This document shows positions 23,832-32,500 of a stretch of 33,374 nt of DNA, piece after piece. Where the stretch lies: assembly GCA_030600745.1 (NCBI GenBank), contig JAUVLL010000001.1, positions 1-33,374 of the forward strand, read 5' to 3'. Position numbers and translations under genes: made by a program. The notes under the pieces were generated by a model. The model did not search any database, was not told the DNA's origin, and was given only the letters and a program-made list of their open reading frames with translations. Positions within the stretch are counted from its first letter, which is position 1; each line of letters starts with the position of its first letter. Source of the DNA: Spirochaetaceae bacterium. GTDB taxonomy: Bacteria > Spirochaetota > Spirochaetia > B11-G9.

Positions 23832-24365
23832 ATGATTTTTAAGTGGAAGCTGTCAGAATTCTTATATTTTTCAGGTGCTTTAGTTCTTCTTGTTATTGGA
23901 ATAGGTTTAAAATCAGTATCTGCACCTGCTGTAGGGTTGTATATACTCTATACAGGGAGGAGGAGGGTTTTTCCGAAAGAGGAATCCCCTCCAATTTTAC
24001 TGAAAAGTAATCTTTTCTGGGATTTGATGTTTATGGCAATATCAGTATTAATGCTGTTTTCTGCGTTAAAAGTAATTTTTAATATATTTTTTCATAATGA
24101 GATAATTATTATAAGTCAATGGCTTATCCCTGGCACTGGTCTTGGGATCCTTTACTTTGAAACACTTTTCCGAATAACTGGTGATAAGAAAAACAGATTG
24201 GCTGTTTTATTGATAATGCTGCTTTTAATTTTATTTACAGCTGCGTTTATTTTAGGCGGGCTTTGGTTTAAAACAGATCTTATATTGGGCTTTTTATCTT
24301 TATCAGTTACTGTTATAATTAGTTTCAGGAAGGCTTATATTGAGCTGACAGATATACTTCGCTAG
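23832..24365 (+). CDS. Hypothetical integral membrane protein (about 5 TM)
   Basis: A 177-aa ORF made of hydrophobic helices. I recognise no motif. Confidence 0.65.
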   Translation: MIFKWKLSEFLYFSGALVLLVIGIGLKSVSAPAVGLYILYTGRRRVFPKEESPPILLKSNLFWDLMFMAISVLMLFSALKVIFNIFFHNEIIIISQWLIPGTGLGILYFETLFRITGDKKNRLAVLLIMLLLILFTAAFILGGLWFKTDLILGFLSLSVTVIISFRKAYIELTDILR

Positions 24366-24409
24366 AGACGTAGCCATGCTATGTCTTTACGGAAACAACA
24401 GGAATAACA

Positions 24410-25162
24410 ATGCAGAATAAAAAGAAACTAACAATTTTTCATATCTATAGAAAAGACGGTTCCTCAATTTTTTTACATCCTTTTTCGGAGCCTGATTTTC
24501 TTTTAAAACTTGATAACGACTATGAAATAGTAGGAAAGTATGGACATGAACCAAGGGTAGAGAGTCTTACCATGTTCAGAAACGATTTGTATAGGCTTAT
24601 TGAATCGGCAGTAAAAAGTTGGATTAACGATATACGTTTTATTCCCCGTTTTGTTTTGTCAGCTGCAGTCTTTCTCATTATCTATTTAATTGCAGCTGTT
24701 GTTATTAGAGATCCAATTCCTGTTATTGATGAACTTGCTTTGGGTTTAGGTGGAAGTATTGCTCTGTTCTTTGTTCTTTCAAAAAAAGATCAGAATTCCG
24801 AAAAATCATCGAAAAAGAGACTGTATCTAAGACTTGTGGTGGATAAGATTGTGTTTGAAGAGGATGAATTTGTAAAAGAGGTGGAAGAAGTTCTTCATTA
24901 CAATGAATCTATTGATCGGAATGGATTAATTAATTCTATATCCATAGTGGATGAAAAGAGTTTTTGCAATAGTAGTCCCGAAGATATAAAGCAGCTTATT
25001 TCTTATCTGGATAACAGGTTTTCAGGGAAAATATATCGGAAAAAAATAGTAAATCTGGAGAATCTTGAAAAAAATAAAATTTTCAGGTGGGCAGAAGATA
25101 ATAAAATAGATCTTTCTCTTTTTGTAACGTATAAGAAATTAAAGAAAAAAATAAACACATAA
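24410..25162 (+). CDS. Hypothetical membrane protein (2 central TM helices, charged C-terminal domain)
   Basis: 250-aa ORF with an AGGAA SD. TM segments occur around 'FVLSAAVFLIIYLIAAVVI' and 'LALGLGGSIALFFVL'. Confidence 0.65.
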   Translation: MQNKKKLTIFHIYRKDGSSIFLHPFSEPDFLLKLDNDYEIVGKYGHEPRVESLTMFRNDLYRLIESAVKSWINDIRFIPRFVLSAAVFLIIYLIAAVVIRDPIPVIDELALGLGGSIALFFVLSKKDQNSEKSSKKRLYLRLVVDKIVFEEDEFVKEVEEVLHYNESIDRNGLINSISIVDEKSFCNSSPEDIKQLISYLDNRFSGKIYRKKIVNLENLEKNKIFRWAEDNKIDLSLFVTYKKLKKKINT

Positions 25163-25166
25163 GTGT

Positions 25167-26402
25167 CTATTCAACTACATTTAAAGCTTCCATAGATTCC
25201 TGAAGCGCTATTGCAGTTTTGGCAACCATCATGTTTTCTACAGCAGGCTGGAATACCGGGTCAAGTTTAAGGGCAGCTTCCCAGTATTCTATAGCTTTTG
25301 AAAGATCACCTTTTGCATATGATTCCAGGCCTGCAATATAGTATTCATCGACCATCCGGGAATCTGCTTTTCTTCTCCTGTCTCCGAGAGGAATAGTTGC
25401 TTCAATACTGAATTTATCAACTGCTGTCAGCTGTGTTGTCATATCAAGGGTGTAATTAATATTGAGATTTACCTTTTCAAGTTCCAGCTGACTGCCTATT
25501 GTGAATTTGGGATTCGAGCCTCTATGTGAGAATCCTGCATGGATAGAGAAAAAATCAGTCATAACTGCATTTATTCCCCCTGCAATATTCCATTTTTCCC
25601 ATTCATCACTGGGAAGAGTAAGGCTGAATGGATAATTATAATCAAATGATATTAAAATCGGCCGTATAGGAGAATATGAAAAACCTGCGGTTGCTATGGC
25701 CGGGAGAGGTTCTCCCAGAGCAGTTGGCCCAAGGTTTTTAACTACTCCGCCTACTGAAAAGTTTCTTTCTCTGGCAGCATAAAACTTGAGAAAATTCATT
25801 CTGGAAAGAAATCCTATATCAGTCATAACTGTAGCAACTGATTGATCAGGAGCAATAGGCTCAGGGATATGCCTGTATGCTGCTTTTACATTTGCCCCGA
25901 GAGACATGCCGTAAAAATAATAGCTGGAGAAGAAATTATATGAGATATTCATGGTTGCAATAGTTTCAGAATAATATCCACCGGATTCCTCTTCGCCCCA
26001 TCTGTTGTATTCAACAAATGGTACATAGAGGAATTTACCACCTACACCAATTCCTAAATCATTGAATCTGGTTGTGTAGACAACACCTTCTATATTTGTA
26101 TCTGCAATCCAGTTATTATGGTTAAGGGTAAGTTCTGTATAGTCCAGAAGAGAACTCCCTGCAGGATTCGCTTCCAGAAATCCCGAATCGGAAGAAACTG
26201 CTGTATATGCTGTTCCCATTCCCTCATATAATCCTCCCATAGGTATCAGAAGTGTAGGAAATATTGTTAAACCAGTGTTTTTATCAGAAAAAAAAGGTAA
26301 ACTGGAAAGATCTGAAAAATCGGCATAAAATTCATCCAGATTGACGGAAAACACCGCCGCCGGAAGGAGAAAAAGGATAATGAGGAGAAATCTTTTTTTC
26401 AT
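25167..26402 (-). CDS. Secreted beta-barrel-like outer-membrane protein with a C-terminal TPR-like motif
   Basis: The signal peptide 'MKKRFLLIILFLLPAAVFS' starts at ATG 26402. Alternating aromatic/Gly-rich beta-strand patterning is typical of OM barrels. The C-terminus 'YAKGDLSKAIEYWEAALKLDP' is TPR-like. Confidence 0.7.
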   Translation of the reverse strand: MKKRFLLIILFLLPAAVFSVNLDEFYADFSDLSSLPFFSDKNTGLTIFPTLLIPMGGLYEGMGTAYTAVSSDSGFLEANPAGSSLLDYTELTLNHNNWIADTNIEGVVYTTRFNDLGIGVGGKFLYVPFVEYNRWGEEESGGYYSETIATMNISYNFFSSYYFYGMSLGANVKAAYRHIPEPIAPDQSVATVMTDIGFLSRMNFLKFYAARERNFSVGGVVKNLGPTALGEPLPAIATAGFSYSPIRPILISFDYNYPFSLTLPSDEWEKWNIAGGINAVMTDFFSIHAGFSHRGSNPKFTIGSQLELEKVNLNINYTLDMTTQLTAVDKFSIEATIPLGDRRRKADSRMVDEYYIAGLESYAKGDLSKAIEYWEAALKLDPVFQPAVENMMVAKTAIALQESMEALNVVE

Positions 26403-26505
26403 CACCTGAAAATATACTACAATCTCCAAAATTTATCCATAAGTTAATGCGTTATCTGTATATATTGATAAGCACAGGTTGAAAAACTGCCGAAAATAGG
26501 TAACA

Positions 26506-29500
26506 TTGGGGTATATTCATTTAGTGTATTTTATTCAGTACAGAAAAATTCTTTATCTGATTCTCATTTTATTTATTCTTATACCGCTGAATTTGTATGC
26601 AGGTGGTCATAGGGAAGACAGGATGCCCGATGTCCTGGCTTTGGTGGAGGAGAGGCAGTATAACGATGCTATTCTGCTTTTAACAGAAATAATGAGAACT
26701 AATCCGGATCAGTTTTCAGAGGCTCAAAAGCTAATACAGAAAATTAGTATTGTAAGGAGTGCGTATAATGATTTATATGCACAACTTATTAAAGTGCTTG
26801 ATCCTCCAGCCGGAGAAGATATTGATAAGGATAAAGCCTATGGTATTATTAAAGAGATGGAAGGTCTTGACAGTAATCCGAATAAAGCAGCGCTTGCAGC
26901 ATTTGCACAGGCCAGAGAATCAATTGTCTTTGCAGTCAATGACAGAGCATATCAGATTCTTATGGATACAGCAGCAGATCAGATCAGTAAAAAAGAATAC
27001 ATTAAGGCAATTGAAACCTACCTCGGAGGGTTTACTCTCCATAGTGACGGTTTTGTAGAAAAAGATTACGGGAATATTGCAGAAGATCAGGTTGAGATCT
27101 ATCAGAATATAATTCTGGTTGCTGCCGGAGATTTCCTGAATTCCTATAATAGAGTTCTTGATGCATCAAAAATATATTCCAATATTATTAAGAGAGGATC
27201 AGTCAAGGAAATAGAAAGCGGATACCCGGCTTATTCATCAATTATGCTGGAGGTAAGTGCTTATTGGAAAACTTTAAAAGGAACTGCAGAAAAACTGGAT
27301 AATCTTGGATTTTCGATTCAGCGGGAAGATGAATCTGACATTCCATATATTTCAACAAACAGGGCATTGACGGTTGGCCGTTCTTCATTGGTGAAGCAGG
27401 AGGGTATAGCCGGTGTACTGAGTTATGTATGGGATAATGCCCAGGAGCCTGTTGCCGGAATAATAATTTCCCAACTTGAAAATGTTTATATTGAGGCTGT
27501 TAATGGTTATGAAGCTTCTTCTTTTGATAATTCACGAATTCTTTTTTCTGATGCCGGAAGGCTTGCTGTTGTTGTGGTAAATGTACTAAAGCTCCGGGGC
27601 GATAAGCTTTATCTAAATAACAACCTTAAAATAAAAGATAATGGTCTGGAGATTGTTCAAGCTGAACTACCGGATATTCTTTATTCTCAGGCAGTTTCAA
27701 AAGCTGTTCCTGTTTATACAGATCTTTTACTAATTGCTGAAGAGTTAAACAGCATCTCGAAAACTGTTGAAGCCTCAGGAAGTGTGGAGGGGATTGATGA
27801 AGCCATTTCAGGCCTGAATATTATACAAACTGATTTAAATAATAATGGAAAAGCTATAACTGAATTTATTGATGAACAGTTGCTTATAACAGATTCTGTT
27901 CTTAATTTAACGAAGACAAAAGACTCTATGGTAAATTTAAAGAATAATCTGGGAATTCTTAATAAGAATATCTTTACTGCTAAGGTAAGATCGGAAGAAA
28001 GAAAGCTCACTCTTGAAATTGAACCTGTGCGTTTTAAAATAGGTAATTCCATTGAGGCTATTCATACATCTGAGGCTTATGTTGATGGTATTGAAGAGAT
28101 TATAAACGGGCTTTCTCATAAGGTTAAAAGACCTGACAGAGCGGAGGAGTTACTTACCCGGACAAAAGATGAGCTTGAAGCAGCTGACATTGCACTTAAC
28201 AGGTTTATAAAGAATGTGAAAGACGCTAAAGATCCTGCCATAAAATCTTCTCCATCAATAATATTTCAGCTTAATTCAGCTGCGGATCTGAAATCTGATA
28301 TCCGTTTAAGAAAGCAGGAAATAGACAGGCTTCTTTCCAAAGCAAAAGTACTTAATGATGAAGCTGACGATGCATACAGTTTTGGTATTCTTCGTCTGGA
28401 TGAAGCTTATGGGAAATTCGACAGAGAGGATTTTGATGGTGCAAGGAAAAAATACTATGAAGCGGAAGCTCTTTTTCTTAAATCTCTGGAGTTTAGGGAA
28501 GATGTAAAAGTTCGGAATTTACTTACCGGAGAGCTTGCTAAACTTGATTCAGATATAACTCTTTCCTTAAACAGGAAGATTATAACAGAAGTAAGGCGGC
28601 TTATTAACAAAGGTAAGGATTACTACAATCTTCAGGAATTTATCAAGGCAGAGCAGTCCCTTCAGCAGGCTCAGGCCCGATATAAAGTAACAAATGAGGA
28701 GAATAATCAGGAAGTGGATAATTGGCTTTCCAAGGTTTCAAGAGCTCTGGAAGCAACCAGTGGAAGAAATATAGCAATTACCGATCCACTCTATTCTGAC
28801 ATCATTGCTATTCTGAATCGTGCCGGAGAAGAGTTTGAGAAGGGGATAACACTTTTAAAATCAAATAGAAAAACTGAAGCTGAAGCTCATTTCAGCGAAG
28901 CAATAAAAAATATTGAACTTGTAAAAGAACCATTTCCACGAAATTTTAAGGCAAGTGTATTGTACCTCAAAATTCTTGAATATACACAGGCAGAAACTTT
29001 TAACAGTTATTTTAAGTCAGTATATGATACTGCAATTTCAAATATCAGCAACAATCCTAAAACTGCAGATGATGATCTTCTTGCTCTGTATGAGATCAAT
29101 CCGGATTATCCGGGAATTAAAACAGCTATATATCGTTCAGGAGTTTCTTCAGGTCGGATTATTCCTCCTCCTGCACAGGTGGATATTAAAAGGGCACAAG
29201 ATCTCTATAGACAGGCAAAAACAATAGTTGATTTAGACAGAAGATCTCAGTTCCCTATAGCTTTGGCATATCTGGAAGAGGCGATTTTGATAAACAGTGA
29301 TTATGATACCGCCGCTATATTGATGGATAAAATCAGGACCAGTACCGGTGGTGTTAGTCAGGTAGCAATGACCACTTCAGATACACAGCAGCTTAGATAT
29401 GCAGAATCTCTATATATTGAAGGCAGATATCTGGAAGCAAATATAATAGTCAATCAACTTTGGGTAAAACCTGATAACAGGAAAAGTTCCAAATTAAATG

Positions 29501-29532
29501 ATTTAAAGGCAAAGGTAGAAGCAAGACTTTGA
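26506..29532 (+). CDS. Large secreted helical-repeat (TPR-like / coiled-coil) hypothetical protein, 1008 aa
   Basis: A long uninterrupted ORF with an N-terminal hydrophobic signal/anchor 'ILYLILILFILIPLNLYAGG'. TPR-like segments recur ('YNDAILLLTEIMRTNPD', 'YLEEAILINSDYDTA'). The TTG start at 26506 is uncertain. Confidence 0.8.
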   Translation: MGYIHLVYFIQYRKILYLILILFILIPLNLYAGGHREDRMPDVLALVEERQYNDAILLLTEIMRTNPDQFSEAQKLIQKISIVRSAYNDLYAQLIKVLDPPAGEDIDKDKAYGIIKEMEGLDSNPNKAALAAFAQARESIVFAVNDRAYQILMDTAADQISKKEYIKAIETYLGGFTLHSDGFVEKDYGNIAEDQVEIYQNIILVAAGDFLNSYNRVLDASKIYSNIIKRGSVKEIESGYPAYSSIMLEVSAYWKTLKGTAEKLDNLGFSIQREDESDIPYISTNRALTVGRSSLVKQEGIAGVLSYVWDNAQEPVAGIIISQLENVYIEAVNGYEASSFDNSRILFSDAGRLAVVVVNVLKLRGDKLYLNNNLKIKDNGLEIVQAELPDILYSQAVSKAVPVYTDLLLIAEELNSISKTVEASGSVEGIDEAISGLNIIQTDLNNNGKAITEFIDEQLLITDSVLNLTKTKDSMVNLKNNLGILNKNIFTAKVRSEERKLTLEIEPVRFKIGNSIEAIHTSEAYVDGIEEIINGLSHKVKRPDRAEELLTRTKDELEAADIALNRFIKNVKDAKDPAIKSSPSIIFQLNSAADLKSDIRLRKQEIDRLLSKAKVLNDEADDAYSFGILRLDEAYGKFDREDFDGARKKYYEAEALFLKSLEFREDVKVRNLLTGELAKLDSDITLSLNRKIITEVRRLINKGKDYYNLQEFIKAEQSLQQAQARYKVTNEENNQEVDNWLSKVSRALEATSGRNIAITDPLYSDIIAILNRAGEEFEKGITLLKSNRKTEAEAHFSEAIKNIELVKEPFPRNFKASVLYLKILEYTQAETFNSYFKSVYDTAISNISNNPKTADDDLLALYEINPDYPGIKTAIYRSGVSSGRIIPPPAQVDIKRAQDLYRQAKTIVDLDRRSQFPIALAYLEEAILINSDYDTAAILMDKIRTSTGGVSQVAMTTSDTQQLRYAESLYIEGRYLEANIIVNQLWVKPDNRKSSKLNDLKAKVEARL

Positions 29533-32500
29533 TTAGAAACAGATCAATAATACAACAATATTCTTTTTTCTTTTTTCTCCTGGTTTTAATTTTTTTACAT
29601 CCATTTATTCTTTCTGCCCGGGAACTTTTCTGGGAGAATCCCGAGGTACTTGTTGGAAATAATGTCTGGTTTCCTCTTACGGCATATAATGCGGAATCGA
29701 GTGTTATTATGTGGCAGGAATTTGATGAAACGGACAGTGGATCCGTAGAAATGAGTATTTCGCTTATGACAGCTATTGATGGTAATAGCTGGATTAAGCA
29801 TCACAAAGTTCTTGGACCATTCCCTTTCACTGGTGACAAGGTATCTATCTCATCAATAGTAGTTGATAATTCCGGTTTAATATATATAGCTCTGTCGAGT
29901 TCTACAGAAGGGATACTTATTTACGTATCCAGTGATAATGGTGAGTCCTTCAAGCTGATTGGCAAACCGGGAGGAGAGGATATAACAACAGTTTCTCCTA
30001 AACTTTTTCTAACCGGAAGCGGCAGTTTTATCCTTTTTGTTACTCAGTCTGTAATAGAAAACAGATCAGCTTTTAATCAGGAACGTACTCTGGGTATTGC
30101 GTATTCAGTCTCTTCCAACGGTAGGTTCTGGTCTGATTATGCTCCACTGGTATCAGGCAGCACCTTTTCCAACGTATATCTTCCTTTTCATGTCTCTTCA
30201 GGGAGTATTGAGCATGTCATTTTTCAGGCATCTCATAAGGAAAGTCGATTTTATCAGCTTTACCATATTTCCAGCAGGGACAGGGGACTGACATGGTCAA
30301 CTCCAGCTTTAATAACAGATATTTCTGAAAATGGAAACAGATTTGCTGATTTTGATAATCAGAGAGTTTTTTTTAAAGAGTTCCACGGAAATCTTTATGT
30401 TTTATGGGAGAGAAAACTAGGTGATGGGTCTGCATTACCATATTATGGGGAGCTTGATATAGATAGAGGTGTACTAAACAGAGTTGAACAGATAAGCGGA
30501 GAGGGGATAAGTACAAACCCTGTTAATAATCCCCAGTTATATATAAATCACGGACTACCTGTTGCACTCTGGTACAACAATATTGGCCAGGTGGTTATTG
30601 CCGGCAGGGAGAATGATGAGTGGACAGGTATTGATATCCCCGGTCAGACAAGTGGAGGGCTTAGTAATTTTTGCAGATTTTTATCTGTTGAAAATGAAAT
30701 GAATATAGTTTGGCAGAGTGATATTGGTGATAGTTCCGGTTTAACAAGATTGGCGCAGGATAAATCAGTATCTGATATAACAGTATTTCCGGTAAATTTT
30801 AAATCATCAGCACTTAATCAGGATAGATACACAGTTAACTGGAACCTGCCGTCAGACTCATCAGGTATAGCGGGCTTTAGTTATTCTCTTGATAGAAATG
30901 AGAAAGGAACATCTCCGGAAACAATAATGATTAAACGGCGGGATGATAGAAGTGTAAGTTTTACTGTCCTAAAAGACGGGGAATGGTTTATTCACCTGCG
31001 AGCTGTTGATTATGCCGGTAACTGGTCCTCTCCTTCAACTTTGAAATTTATTCGGGATACTACACCTCCGGGTAAAGTTGTATTTCAATTACCGGAAACT
31101 GATGAAGCCGGTTACTTGTTATCAAACACTGGATCTTTGGATTGGGAGGCGCCTGCCGGGGAAGCGGCTGCAGGATACAGTCATAGAATACAGTATCTTG
31201 CCAATTTGACTTACACTGGAGATTTTTCGGGATTTAATATCCTCCCTGCTCCCGGCAGTTCCGGTAATCGTGATACTTCATATAGATACTATAATCAGGA
31301 TAATGGTTTATGGTCTTTCACAGTTACCGCATTTGATGCTGCAGGTAATCAGGGAGAACCTGCAACCATTTTTCTTAGTATGAATAGGTATATTCCGGTC
31401 ACTTATATAACAAGGTTATCTGCAGTTCAGGATGACCTTGGAATAATTACCATAAGGATTCAGGGTAGAGGTTTTTCTGTAGGTGGTAAGATCAGCACTA
31501 TAATTTTGGATAGGGATAAAAAAGAGCCATTTGATTATGTCTATGAACCTGATTCAGGATATTTTGGAGTTTTATCTGACCGAATAATAGATGGTCTTAA
31601 AATAAGTGAGATGGATGAAGGCTCCTATTATATAGGGTTGGTTCATCCTTCAAGAGGTTTTTCATTTAGCAGTGAAAAGCTGAAATTTGAATCTACAGGA
31701 ACTGTGAAATTTGGTAATTTCAGCATTCTTGATAATGGAGAGGGCTCTAATCTTGTACTAAAAAAACTTTTAACACTATCTGCAAATAGAATTTTCTTTG
31801 GTGTTGTAATGATTCTATTGTTAATTATGATTATTTTTGCTTTCCTGCGTATTATGGCGCTTGTCAGAGAGAGCAGATATATAAAGATGGAAGTTCAGGC
31901 ACTGGTAAATAACAGAGTATTACCCTCAGAAAAGAGGATAGAAAGGATAAGAAATATGCAAAAACGCGGAATGGGTCTAAGAATTAAATTTGCATTGCTG
32001 GTAACGTCCCTTGTTTTGTTGGTAGTTATAATGGTGTCTTACTCATTAAGTATGTTTATGGTCTCAACCCAGCAGAAAAATTTAACAGATGGTCTTGCTC
32101 AGACTACAGAAGTTCTTATAAACAGTGTAAATACTGCTGCAGGGAAGTATCTTCAGGAGAACAATACTCTGGAGCTTAAACGTTTACCTTCCCAGATTGA
32201 GTCTATGAGTGCTGCCCGATTTTTAACTATTACCGGTCCGGGAGCAGCATCTGAAAACAAGAATACTGTAGAATATCTATGGGTCACAAATGACAGTAAT
32301 ATCAGAGATAAGGTTGATATTTCAAATTTTGAAACTGAAGATGATCTTCTGTCAGGTCTTCCCGGGGGTGCAAGATTCTCTGAAGGTTCTTTAACAATGA
32401 ATGATAATCTATCTGCAGATGTTTCTGAATTGGCAGACAGTATAAACATTCAGGGGATAGAATCTGTTGGAGTTCTTTCAAAGGAACTTACCCGGCTGCA

